A program made the translations under genes and the position numbers. 64,000 nucleotides of DNA. It comes from Iphione sp. A-MEVVRFRX5 (Eukaryota). Position 1 is the stretch's first letter. Each line of letters begins with the position of its first letter. The DNA lies in contig OZ320321.1 of the NCBI GenBank assembly GCA_976226885.1, positions 59,272,001-59,336,000 on the forward strand. Direction: 5' to 3'. The notes below the pieces were generated by a model. That model saw nothing but the letters and a program-made list of their open reading frames with translations. It was not told the DNA's origin and did no database searches. Below, piece by piece: positions 48,110 through 60,859 of the stretch.

Positions 48110-51100
48110 GCTTACCTATCAGCTATAACCCTTGCGCACTCATGCTTCCAGAGGGCCAAGAGCGTGGCTGCAGTCTCACATTCAGGACCTGCTATTTTGA
48201 GCATTCCCTCCCATATCCGCGAGAGATCGCGCAAATTGAAGATGTAATGAAATTTGGCAGGAGTTGGTAGCATTTTGACCTGTCAGATGGAAAAGTTTAT
48301 ATTATTCTACATTACTGCTACCGATTTTAATTCAACATGCATCTTGAGGATAATGATGTACCTTTTTATAGATACAAAATATACATTTGATCAGAAAAAA
48401 ACTGAATATTTCTATGATTTATTATATAATATATGCATACAACTAACACACTTAAAGTGCTCTCATCAGCACATATATAGCACGGGTATATACACGTTAA
48501 TGTTTGCTAAAGCTTTCCGGCTTTGTTTGCTACATATTACAATCTGTGGCAGCAATTTTTCGTGTTCAATTAAAGGAAGAAGAGTGAACAATAACGCAGT
48601 ACAAACGTAACAAAAACAAGTCTAAAATGGAAGTAAAACAAATTGAATGCTCATTTACTTTCGTGAGCTGCCACAGTGTCCTTGTTGCAGGTACAAGGGA
48701 TTTTGTGAGCTCACAAACTTCTGGGGTGAATCGAGTGCTAGTGAAGTATCCACATCCAATTACACCTGAAGAGTCATGAGGAATTAGATTGCCAACTCGT
48801 GCTTATATAATAAAATACGTCTCTGTAACTTGTAGTTTCAATCTAAAGCGAATAATATTTAAGTCTTCAACTATGGAAGTTTTAGTTCTAGGGCCTTCCT
48901 CGGAAACAAAGTGTGTTGTTCGATGACGTCAAGATCTGGCGAATCTACAAACCGGAGGGAGGGAGGGAGGGAGGGAGGGAGGGAGGGAGGGAGGGAGGGA
49001 GGGAGGCAGGCAGGGAGGCAGGCAGGCAGGGAGGGAGGGAAATGTCTAAAATAGCTATTTAAGTGTACTTTTATAAAGAATTAATACATGCAGGATACAA
49101 TGTAGAACCCCTGTGAATTAAAAAAGTGTCCCCGATTCCTTCCAATGCTACCGATTGGATGAAAATGCTTCTTTTATTATGGTCTGAAAGGTTTACTTAG
49201 TCTTTCTTATTGATTCTTTTAAAATCAATTACTGATCCCTTTCAGCAAGTACTCTATATGGCACACATAAATTTTACTTTTAGAGGGTATTCACTCATTT
49301 AATAATTTACTGCATTATAATCTGATAATTTTTACTGCGTTGCTTTTTGTGGTTCTGAATACCGAGGAACACGAGCTTACAAAAATCCCGATATCAACAC
49401 TGATTCAAGCTATTCCCATACTGCCCACTTAACTTAAATCTCGAAGGAGTACAAACATATAAGCTAACACGTGACCGCTTACCAAAAATCTTGTCAATAG
49501 AGTTATTAGATGGAAGTGTGCAGTTGAAGATGGAGAACTGGCGCTTGAGTCGTTCCGGGATGTCATTGCGACCACCACCAGGGTGGATCATGGCGGCAAT
49601 AAACTGGATGTCGACAATGTGGGTGAAATCGCCGGGCTTGTCCAGGCTGTACATGCCTTGCATTTCCATCATCTGGCGTGTTATTTCGTTTGTCACCTAA
49701 GAAGGTAGACGCAGTAAACAGTTGTAAAGCCGTTTTCACGCTTCTGGTTATTTCTTTTGGTCAGAAGAGCGTATATACTTCCTCAGAAAATGCTTCATTA
49801 AGAATATGGTTACTTTTTACGATTACTTTTTAAAAAACAAACCTGATCTCCCCATTCATTGACGATTGGCATATTGATGTCATCAATGAAGACAGTCATT
49901 TTTCGTCCTCCTGGTGGACCGTAGGTACTGCCCATACGCTTGTCTACGTAACTCTCGACGGTTCGCTGAAAATGACACTTTATTACTCAATCAAGCAAAA
50001 ATAGAAACAAAAGAGTTCTCTCCTACGTTAAAAGGAGGTAGGGGTTAACAACAGGGACTCAGTTCATCCGTCTCAAAGTATCAGTATGAACCTTGCATTC
50101 TGTGACTTTTTGCATAGCTGCACCTAATTTCTTGAGGATCACTACATCACTTTTATGTATCAGTATGATATGTGAAGTATACAAAGCAAAAATACATTCA
50201 AAATAGACGACGTATTTAACTGATTACTAATTTCCCTATCTCACCTTTTTTTAATTGGTCCCTAAAAGTTAAACAAGATTTTCTTTAAGTGCTCATGACC
50301 CTCACCTGGAACATCATTGGTATTGTTGCTGAACTGAAGTTCAGACTTTTGCTCAAATGTTGATCTGGATCATAGCCGGCCATATAACCCTTGATCATGA
50401 CTGTTTTAGCCGTGCCTTGTTCACCAATCAGTAGAACTGCCTGCAAAAGATATAAACTGGGATTTAACATTAGTACATGTTAGAAGATCTGCATAATAAC
50501 TGCATTCCAAGAGATAAATACGCCGTACGTTTTACTGTTCATTAGTTATGGTGATTTCAAAGGCTAACCTTGTTCTGCTTCGAGATCGTGTCTATTAGAA
50601 ATCCTGTGCGCACATTATCCACGTTAGGAACGAGGATACCAGAGAACTCTGGCACAGAGTCAGCTGGGTAGATGTATTCCTCTACCCGCGTGTTCCAGTG
50701 TTCCCAATGACCTTTGAGTAAAGATTTGACATGATAATCACATTACATATATATCACAGCACTGTCAAAATGAAAATTGACAGAATGTTAATGCTCTGCT
50801 CTTCTCAAGCATTTATCCCCAAGAACAATTATTTGATTCGTCTATGTTTTAGCAAGTGATACCAAATAAAAGAACTTTATGAAAGGCCTACAATGATGTG
50901 AAAAGAGTGCAGAGATGAAATATAAATATTTTATGTAGTAAAGGCGCAGGACATCCATGCCGAAGATGAACACATGCAAATTTGTCTAAATAGTTACATA
51001 CCATCTTCGCTGACGACATATTCAAATATGGTCTCTCCTTCGTTGATCGGCGGGTAGTTGTACTTTGAGGGGTGGGCCAGAAGGAACTCCTCCATCTTTG

Positions 51101-54100
51101 CACGATCATCAAGTTCAAGCAAAGCACCTATGCTCCACATGAGGCTGCACAAAAATAAGAAAAAGTGCCCTCCTTTCAAACTTCATCGTTTTTGTATACG
51201 TTTAAGTTTAGAAAATTCACCCAGCTAAGATCTTGTTGTCATTCACACCTGGTCAAAAGATAGGTTATAGAACATCTGCCAAAAACTTCCCACCTCTACA
51301 GCATGACTGATATTATCACGTGATTACTGGTTATATAGCCAGGACTTGATACATGAGTGATCTCATTGCATGAAATGATACGGAAACCAAATGAATTTGA
51401 GATAATTTCTCACCTAAATATAAACAGCCTCGCTAAGTGGGCATCCTCTAGGTGTCCCTTCTCTTCCTTGTCCGGGATGAGGCCTTGAAGAAGATCACAG
51501 GCCTGGAAAAGTAAAAAGACAGAGCACATGTATGCAGAGAAATGAGTACCTTCTCAGATATGTCTGAGGAAGAAATGCAAAAGATAAATCTTTCCTTGTT
51601 AATTTCTATCGCTGAATAAACTGCATCTTTCTCTAGAGAATCTATATACAGCTTCATTATAAATGCTCTACATATACATAGATGCTTTTGATCGGGGGGA
51701 TGAGAATCTTCTCTATATTATTTTACCCATGCCTTGCCAAGATATGGTTTGTTAAGTACATAATTTGGCGTACTGTTTACATGTAGGAGTTTGTGTGCAA
51801 TTTATAATGATTAGCCAGTTTGACTAGACTTACCTGGGTAAGTAGAAGGTAAACTGGAGTTAGTCCCGCTGGAGGAACGGAGTGGGGAGCAAGGGAGATA
51901 CGTCACGTGCTACCTGGTGGAGGACAGTCTTGAAAGGTCTAGCCAACGCTGTTCTGGGGTTGCTGACTAAGAGGAGGAACTGAGGGGCCCTTGCTCCCCA
52001 CTCCGTTCCTCCAGCGGGACTAACTCCGGTTTACCTTCTACTTACCCAGGTAAGTCTAGTCAAACTGGCTAATTAGTACCGCTGGTCATCACTACGTGGT
52101 GACCAAGGGAGACTTGAAAGCAAGCAAGACACAGACACAGCGTCTAAGTGAACTTCTTTAATGCTGATGAGTCATGCGGATGTAACAGCAAATATAAAGT
52201 AACCGAAAAGGAGTAAACCATCTACTGAGGACGAGGCTTAATGTCTCGTCTGTAATGTTTCAAGAAACTAGAATCAGATCGCCACATTCCTTTCTTTAGA
52301 ATGTCCTGCAAGGGCATGCCTTGAGCATGCAGTTTCGACGAGGATGCCACTCTGGTACTGTGGGCCATGTAGACCACAGTGTCCACCCCGGCTCTTGCCA
52401 TGACTTCCTTCGCCCACCTGCTGATGGAAGTCTGACCTACCGGCTGGTGTGGCGGGATTAGGCTGATGAATAGTCTACTTGTCGGGGGCGTCAAGTCTTT
52501 AGTGCGGTGAAGATATGCCTCGAGGCAATGAACTACACACAACGCTGGATCGGCTGTGCATGGAGCCAACTGAATGTGATCTGTGCCCCTGCCTGGGGCC
52601 GAATGCTTTAACACTGAACCGTAAAGAATGGTGACTGTACCGTCAGAAGAAAAATGGATATTTGTTCGAACAATTTTATACATCGTCTGTGTTCTGCCAC
52701 AGGAGGCTAGCAAAAGGAGCATATTGGTCTTTAGTGTCTCCTTCAAACTTAAACTACTGTGGGGTGTCCAGCAGCGTAAGAGATCTAACACTAGGTCTAC
52801 GTCCCAAGTGTCCGTGTACTTTGCTCGAGGAGATATTGAACATGCCCCTTAGCACGCGGGATGTGATGTATTGTTGACCGAAGGATACTCCCCCCGGCCG
52901 GGGGAGGACAACAGAAAGTGCTGAGCGCGCCGTGTTGACGGTGTTATACCGGGCGCCCTGTTCGAATAGCATGGTGAGAAATAACAGTCCTTGTTGTACG
53001 GATGCCTTCGTAGGGTGGAATCCTTTTTCTAAACAGAAAAGGTTCCAGCGGTGCAAATAAGAGTGGTATAGTTTGCGAGTTTTGGGTCGCCAGGACCTGA
53101 TGATGTGTTTGCTGATGTTGGTGTTGGCCGTCATGTGGGCGACTGTTTGAAGCATAAGCGGCCTGCAAGTAGTTTCGTACCCGCGATATGCGGCTGGGAT
53201 TCTGCTAGGGGCCCGTGAAGGTTGTCCGGCTGACTGTGGAACTTGAGAGTGGGTTGACTGGTCGTTTGTAAGAAGAGCAGGAACCACCACTGCGCTGGCC
53301 ACCATGGAGAGATTAGAACGATGTTCGCGTTGTCTCTCTGCGCTTTCCGGATCACCCTGCCCATGAGGCTGAAAGGTGGAAATGCGTATGCATAGTCAAA
53401 CTGTCCCCAGTGTAAGGCAAAAGCATCAATAAACAGTGCTTCGGGGTCTTGTCTCCAGCTGATAAATCGGTCTACTTTACAGTTTACACGAGATGCGAAT
53501 AAATCTATGTCTGGCGTTCCCCATTGTTCCACTACCTGCTGGTAGATCCGGGGGCTTAACTCCCATTCGATCTCTTAAGTTAAATTTGCGTGACTCAGTG
53601 TCTGCAACGATGTTTTGGGCCCCGGGGATGTGTGTGGCTTGTAAGGTGAGGTTTCTCTCCTCGGCAAACTCCCATATGGCTAAGGCAACTAAGTTGCATT
53701 TTCCGGCTCTGGTGCCCCCCATATTGTTTATGTATGTGACCGTGGTGGAGTTGTCCGACAGGATGAGGATGTGTTCATTCCGGGCGTTAGTACAGTAAGT
53801 CCTCAAGCCGAAGAGGGTTGCCATCAGTTCCAATATATTGATGTGCAGCCTTCTTTCACTAAGGGACCACAAGCCTCCCGTGCTGTTTCCGGCGAATGCC
53901 GCTCCCCAACCGGTCTGTGAAGCGTCCGTTGTTAACTGTAGTGTGGGGGATAAGGGGGCAAAGTGTTTCTTTGTGTCCGGTAAGGCCCTGAGCCACCATA
54001 GCAGATCATTTTTGCACCTATGTGTCAGGGAGAAAGGTCCCTCGAACCTCGCACTGCCCGCCCGCTTCAAGCTCTTTATTTTTCGTCTCTCCATGTGTTT

Positions 54101-57100
54101 CAAGTGGAGCATGTGTTCCGTGTTAACAAGGTGTTAATTTTGCAGCAAGTGCGAGAGATCTTTTCTTGTGTAGGGGTGACTGTCATGTCTGTGGAGGAAA
54201 TGATATACCTCAGAAAGGTAATTCTTTGACTAGGTTCGAGTTGTGACTTTTGTAAGTTTACCACAAAGCCTAACGTCTGTAGCAATTGGATCACCCGTTG
54301 TGTTTGGCTCCGTGCCAGGTCCCTGGTAAGGCTAATTATGAGTAAGTCATCCAGATACGCTATCAAATTTATCCCTTCTTCCCTACACAGCCCTAACATT
54401 GGTTTCAGTACCTTGGTGAATATTTTTGGGGCTGGGCTGAGACCAAAGGGCAACACATTGAACATGTACATTTCGCCTTGCCACTGGAAGGCAAGATATT
54501 CCCTGTGTTGTGGGTTGATGCTGATCAAGTTGTATGCATCCTTTAGGTCTAAAGAGGTAAGGTATCCCTGATTGTCTATTGCCAAGAGGGTCGACTGAAA
54601 AGTTTCCATTTTAAAATGTTCCTTTTCAAGATATTCGTTTAGGTGTGCTAAATCGATAATGAGTCTGTACGTGCCATTTGGCTTCGGCCTCAGGAAAATG
54701 TTTGAGACAAACTTGGCCCTGTTCTGGTTTATTCGCGTGACCACCCCGCTTTGAACCATTGATTGTATGGCTGCCCCCGCCGCCTGGGTTTGTTCTGCGT
54801 TAAACTGGTACTGTCTTGGAGGGGAGTTCTGCGTCGGAGTTTTGATAAATGTTAACGAGACTCTGTGCACTATTTGCAAAACCTCTTGATTAGATGTAAT
54901 GGCTTGCCAGGCATCTATGTAATTAGCAATCGTAATTTTGTGAGTAGGAAAGGTTTCACTCACCCTTACTGGCCTTTGGGCTGGGGTTTCTGCTGCGACC
55001 CCAGCCCCTTTGCGTTTCCTGGATGGTTGCTGTCCGAGTTCTCGAGGGGGCTCTGGTACGTGGTTCCCCTGTAGTCCGCTCTCTGTCTGTTGCCTTTGTA
55101 GCGGTGTTGGTTCTGCGCGCCTTGCTGGTTTGTCCCAGGCTTGTTTTTGGTGTAGGGCTCATTGCAGTTTGCGAGGTTGCCGTTCTTGGCTTTGAACTTT
55201 CCGCCCGACTTCCCCTTATCGAACTTCTTAGAAAACTTCTCGTCGTCCTCCAGGTCTTTACACTTTTGTCTAAAGTCATTTCCAAATAGGAATTCCGCTG
55301 AATGTGATGCTTCATCGATGAGTTTTTTGTAAGGGTCGGGGAGACCCATTTTGACTTCCTGGGGGCATATTTTCAGCAAGTCATCGCGGTTGCTGGCCTG
55401 CAGGTTTACCGTGTCGGTGACCAATTTTAGGATGTCGCGCACCCACGGCTGGTCCCTTTCTTTCTTGATGAGGTTCTCTGAGATGCGGGCGAGCACTGTG
55501 AAGATTGTGTTCGCGCTATACATCTGTTTCTGGAGGGCCTTGTCCCTGTTTCGTCCCACAGGGTGCATGTGCAGCCAGAGCGCGGAGTTTAATTTCGGCA
55601 CCTGAAGTTGAGCAATGTTTTCTGGTCGAGCGTATTTTTCTCTGAGTGCTTTTATCGCCTTGGTATCCAGTGGTTTATCGACCCTGCCTCCAAAGAATGT
55701 TGCTACGCGTGCGTGTGTAGCTGTGGAGATGCTTTTGTCTCTGTCAAGACCTTGGGCTAGTTCTTCGAAGTAAATCCCTTCCTGGTCGTCTGCTGGCTCG
55801 GACAAGGCGGGCATGTTTGAATCGTTCGGCAGAGAGCCTAAGAGGCCTTCGTTCGAAAACGAAGATATACACGATTCTTGGTCTGCAAGCATTCTTTCGA
55901 TGGAGGGCGCGAAACTGCTGCGGCGGTTGCTGTATGCATCCGGTCCTGAGCGTTCAACTGCTGTGATCCTGGCTCCTAAGGAGTGGATGGCTGAGAGCAC
56001 CTGTGTCAAGGTGTCATGTTTCTCCCGACGAGGATGGGGTTCTCGGGATCCTGAAGGTTTCTGAGGAGGGTGTCCCGTGTCAGAAAGTTCAGAAGAAGAG
56101 TCATTGCCCTGTCTCCCTGGGACCTCGTGGTCATCGGCCATGTTCAGTACAAAATGGCTGTCACCAGACCTCGAGTAAGAAAGTGGAGAAATGTCCTTCC
56201 TCAGGTTCTGTAATCAACCGGGAGGATCTCCGACAGGAAAACCAAAGTCCCACGCACTACAAGATGTCAACAAAGATTCTGGATGGGTAGAATAACTTCA
56301 GATAAAAGTCAATAAAAAATCCTGACGGGGCGATGCGTCCTTCCACCTGGCGAATCGGCCTTTCACTGTCCTCCACCAGGTGGCACATGACGTATCTCCC
56401 TTGGTCACCACGTAGTGAGGACCAGCGGTACTAACCCATAGAGAATTCAATGACTCTGAACAAAACGTTGGAAATAAAAGCTGTCCTTAAACTTACTTCG
56501 GTCGTTGTGTTACTGTGTCCACTCTCCGATTTACAATTTATAATGAAAATCAGTGTACTTTTACTGCCTACTGAACACGCACTGACTAATTTTACCTATC
56601 CTTTGACTCACCTGTTTAATTTGCATGCACTGGAGGACTTCCATCTTGGCGCTCAGGGTTTGGGTGACAAAGTTGAAGAGGTCATCAAATATGCCATCGA
56701 AGCAGTTGAGTAGAACAGCACTCTCTTGTGGTGTCCGATGGTTCAGCCAACCCTTCAAATGAAACCCCAAAAATTTACCAAATCCGTTCACAGCGAAGAA
56801 TGCTACAGTCTCAGGAATTCCACGTGTGCGAAATGAGCTTGCATATACAATTCCAAACAAGTTATAAAGCCTCTTGCCATAAGGATGGGTCTCCAGTCGA
56901 GCGCCGAGGAACTCATATAAACCATGCCGTTCCTGGAGACAGTAGCGGGCGAGGCGTTGTCGATATTGTGAACCTCGAAGAGAACCTTGCAACATGGAGC
57001 CATTGTGATACGGTCACCATTGGCCAGGGTGAGCGTTTTGTTGTCATCCAGAACAGAGTTGAGGTTCTCAATCCAGATAGCATCTACTGGCCCGTCCAAG

Positions 57101-60100
57101 ACGATCCAGATATACTCACCTGATTTAGACAACAGTGAGACATCTTAATTATAAGAGGAACATGCTTAGTCTTTCAATCTCATCACAAAATCTCTTTACA
57201 TGCCAGCTATTTACATGCACTCTTGTACCTCTATAATGTCCCCTTTCTGCTAGAACCGTTCATATCGTTAAGTGTGTAGGACAAACGTTTATATATACAT
57301 GTAGTTGAAATCATGCAATTTACACTACATGTATATAGAAATGAATTGGTGGGAACAACTTAAAACAAATCGATGAAAACAAATACATGTTGTCAAAACA
57401 TGCAGTATCGGACCAAAAATGTCTTTCACCCATCCTGAAATTTCTGGAAAACCTTCATAAATAAGTAAGTCGATAGTACCTTTCTTGGCTTTGAGTGTGC
57501 GCCTCCAGAGAGTGGAGAATATGCCATCCGTCCAATCGTTGGTGGCTACATCTAGTCGACCAAACATCTGTGGGGCTGTGATGGCTTTGGGATTCATGCG
57601 CATTTCACGGTGAGGCCTACCGCAGTCGGTCATTGCTTTCATGATAATGTTGATACAGCACGTCTTGCCAGCACCTGACGGTCCCAGAGTCATCATTCCA
57701 TGGCGCACCATCTGAGTCTCGTATAGCTGAAATAATTGGCCATCGAAGGAGGAGATTAATCGCTTTTTGTAAATATAAAGAGTGACATCAAATGTACACA
57801 GACCAACGTACGTTGCTCTCTCGAACCGATTGAGGGCTCTTTCACATTTCAGGGAAATACTTGTTATAGTTCCATTATGTTTTTTTTTCAAAAGCAGGCT
57901 TACAGTACCGGTATCAATTTTGCTAGGTCGAAAGTTTGAACAACATTAAATAAGTAAGGCCGTATTGCATTATTAAAATTGTACCTGTAGCACTGTTAAG
58001 TATTGCCCTAATCTCTAACCTGAACAATCTTTAGATTCCAAGCTGGATGGTTGATGAGCATAGCTTGCTCAATCTGATAGGCTACTGCTACTTGCAATTC
58101 GGCATAGGTGGCGCTGTCCAATGTGATACCAGGGAACAAGTCAGAGATGAGTGACATGAACAGCGGTTCGTCTTCATCTACCTGTAGGACGTAAAGGAAA
58201 ACCATCGTTCAGCGAGCATGAAAACGAAGGGTGTTGGGTAGGATGCAAAGAAATGTACATGTATATGGAAAGCAGAAGGGCTTAATATTTCAATGCTTTT
58301 CTTCTGAAACTTTTACCACTGGTGCTTTCTCTCTTTAAATGAAAATCTACTTATTTTACGTACTCAAAGTGAAAACAATAAATGGATATAAGTGTGAAGG
58401 TACAAAACATAACGGATCCCCTAGAGAAACATAGTAGAGTATGGGATGACTATCACTCACCAGTTTTGATAAATTCATATCTCTCAACACTCTCATAACA
58501 ATAGTGCTCTCTGTATCGTTTGGCCTAGCACGCTTGTTAGCCCCTAAGGTCCGAAGCACTGACAGAATGTTTCTCAGACCAAAATCGTAGTGAACCTAAA
58601 TATAATAATCACGAAGAATGACAAAAATAAAACACTCCGTTTAATGACTTAATATCAGGTTCACTAAAGTAGAAACAAAATGTAATTTTTCAATAGAATA
58701 CATCCAAATGTCTAACTTCTGGAATTTGTTATAAATCATACAGTATGGGTGCTATTCCCGACACATATTCATGTACACGTTTCCTAAGTTCTCACCTGTT
58801 TGGACAGCTGCTCTTCACAAAGCTTATATAGCACAAAGAACTTCTGAGCCAATATGACGTTTTCTTGGAAGCCACAGCTGGCAAGCTTAACACGCATGAT
58901 GATCTACAATGGATGGATGTATAGCCTTCACTAAATGAGGGAATATACGCAAATATTTCACTGATTTTCTAGATTCCTGCCGGCCAATACAAAGATTGAA
59001 CAACTGGATAAATAAAAATGTATGTGATGCATATGCTATGATCTGAAGTGCAATTCTTTATCTAATCTGGAAAATTGATATGTACACTGACGTTACATTT
59101 GATTGCAAATGCTCTTTATATACATGTATAACCGTGGAAAAAGAAATATACGAATAAATATTGTTCTATACCGTACCTGTCTATCTGGTACCATCATTGC
59201 AACAGTTCGGAACTGAACCTTCAAATTTTCAGGCAGCTCTTGCCTACCAGCATAGCCAGGGTTCTAGGAAGAGAACAGGGCAAGACATGATATGCGCCAG
59301 AAAAATGAGTACCACAGGAGGTTCGTATTTGATACATTACAGATTCGTGTATATAAACACATACATGTACTAGAATTATCTGCAATATGCCTTTCCAGTA
59401 AAAAAATAAATTGTCAGAGCGAGTGCCAGACAGACGGAAAAAGTATAAAGAATATCAGCACTTTTTATCAAAACGGACGAAGAATAACAAATGTCAGTCC
59501 ATGCCCGCCCAGGCTTAATCATATATGTCATCAAGTTTACATATTTTGTTCAGAAGCATCATTGAATCTATTTCATTTAATACGCACCATTGTGAGGAAG
59601 AGACCAAACTCGGGGTTAAGAGAGACCAGGTCCCCATCTGAGAAAAGAAACTCGCTCTTGCGCTCCTTCTTGGCCGTAAGCACGATATAGATTTGCTGCG
59701 CAGCCACAGATAACACTGGGAGCTCGATTCGGTTGAATTCGTCAAAGCATCCCCATGAGCCAGACTGAGCTAAACCTAGGTAGAGAAAAAGACAGAGGTG
59801 GCTTATTAATGTTCTCGTACAGGATGTGCCTTTATCACTGCATACTACATGTATCATGAATAGAGCCGTTTTCAGCATGTCTCATTTGGCATCAGAATAA
59901 ATCAGAACATGAGTTTAGATTGGCTTAGTCCTCCTCGAATAATAATACTGATGATAACAACATTTATGACTGGTGGCTGGTCGTGGTTGGCTGGTCGTGA
60001 CGATACTGCCACAGTCCCTGCTCATTTTATAGGTACATATATATTATTCCAAATCTCATCTTAAAACTTGCCTTTGTAGATACGGCCAAGACCTCTGAAG

Positions 60101-60250
60101 TCCATCTGGTCAGAGCAGTTAAAGACGACTACGTATTTCCCGAGGGCTTTACCCATATCTTTGGTTGTTTCTGTTTTACCAGTCCCTGCTGGCCCAGCCG
60201 GAGCACCTCCCATCGACATTCCGAGGGCTTGCGCCAGCGTGATGTAACAC
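34321..60250 (-). CDS. DNAH5: Axonemal outer-arm dynein heavy chain, DNAH5/DNAH8-type, multi-exon, 5'-partial
   Basis: P-loops GPAGTGKT (AAA1, ~60190), GPSGAGKT (AAA2), GEQGTAKT (AAA3) and GVGGSGKQS (AAA4). Also stalk, AAA5 and AAA6 ([11 protein letters not shown]) segments and C-terminus [14 protein letters not shown]. Dozens of exons traced in phase. DNAH5 versus DNAH8 orthology cannot be resolved here. Confidence 0.93.
36866..37070 (-). repeat. Tandem triplication (~70 bp) of a dynein 3' splice site plus exon start
   Basis: Three copies of TTATCTTATTAT(T/C)TG..CTGTG(TG)CTTAG|GGT(G/A)GCTGGGCC(C/G)TGCTCCAAAA. Exon-like starts at 37037, 36966 and 36897. Confidence 0.9.
43304..43335 (-). mobile_element. 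Orphan DIRS terminal fragment in a dynein intron
   Basis: ATTGGCCAGTTTGACTAGAGTTACCTGGGTAA matches the terminus of DIRS copy 2 (from 51810) at 30/32 nt. Confidence 0.75.
48066..48106. repeat. (TA)n microsatellite
   Basis: Uninterrupted AT dinucleotide run. Confidence 0.95.
48954..49040. repeat. (GGGA)n/(GGCA)n tetranucleotide repeat
   Basis: Direct reading. Confidence 0.95.
52222..53305 (-). pseudogene. DIRS copy 2 tyrosine recombinase, frameshifted
   Basis: ORFs 52754-53305 and 52222-52791 together match copy-1 YR ([17 protein letters not shown]). Confidence 0.88.
53131..54963 (-). pseudogene. DIRS copy 2 pol (RT-RNaseH-MT), frameshifted
   Basis: RT 54100-54963 (YLDD), RNase H 53477-54112 ([10 protein letters not shown]) and MT 53131-53532 (DIDLFAS, YAFPPF) lie in different frames. 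Confidence 0.9.
54966..56141 (-). CDS. DIRS copy 2 gag-like ORF1
   Basis: 391 aa, colinear with copy-1 gag and ending in the same PKGQ*. Confidence 0.88.
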   Translation of the reverse strand: MADDHEVPGRQGNDSSSELSDTGHPPQKPSGSREPHPRREKHDTLTQVLSAIHSLGARITAVERSGPDAYSNRRSSFAPSIERMLADQESCISSFSNEGLLGSLPNDSNMPALSEPADDQEGIYFEELAQGLDRDKSISTATHARVATFFGGRVDKPLDTKAIKALREKYARPENIAQLQVPKLNSALWLHMHPVGRNRDKALQKQMYSANTIFTVLARISENLIKKERDQPWVRDILKLVTDTVNLQASNRDDLLKICPQEVKMGLPDPYKKLIDEASHSAEFLFGNDFRQKCKDLEDDEKFSKKFDKGKSGGKFKAKNGNLANCNEPYTKNKPGTNQQGAQNQHRYKGNRQRADYRGTTYQSPLENSDSNHPGNAKGLGSQQKPQPKGQ

Positions 60251-60859
60251 CTGTCACCAAGCAGGACAACATGCTTTATAAGCAGACGTTGGAGTCGCTT
60301 CTGCAGTCTGTTCTTTGTATTTATAGACCGAAACCCAAAATGATCTTCTGTCCTTGTTTCAAGCCCCATGTAAAAATACAGTCAGCCCTATCAACCGCCC
60401 CTCCTCCATCAACCCGAATCCTTCATCTACGGAACAGAATTGAGAGAGAAACACATTTGTATATAGTTCACAGTTAAATATCCCCAAACAACTGGATTTA
60501 TCAACCGGACTAAATTATATAAAACCGACAAATCTGGTTGATGATGGATGCTTTTGGGTAAACAGCATATTATTTAAATTTTCTATCTTTGGCGTGGACA
60601 TGGACTAGGTTCCCGACACTGTGAGATGCTACCGAGTTCAAATTTTCTATCTTAGATCTTACAGAACGTACTTCCGAAATGTTCTGGAACATTAACCCTT
60701 TGACGGCGGGAAGGGTAGTAGCACTTCAAGTCGTCAGGCGGCGCAGCAATATTACATGCATATTCCCATAGAGGGCGTGCTGTGTGCAACGTCATAACGG
60801 ACTTTTCGTCCTTGTGGTTGGGCTTGTCATTAGTAAATTAGAGTTTATGATTACCAGGA

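Larger units (their letters stand above)
51810..56434 (-). mobile_element. Full-length DIRS1-like element (copy 2) in a dynein intron, with frameshifted pol and YR
   Basis: Same rE/ITR/ICR architecture (51810-51897 versus ~51988-52073; ICR 52072-52112 versus the 5' end at ~56395-56434), with a few mismatches. Gag is intact, pol is split into three ORFs and YR into two. Confidence 0.93.
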
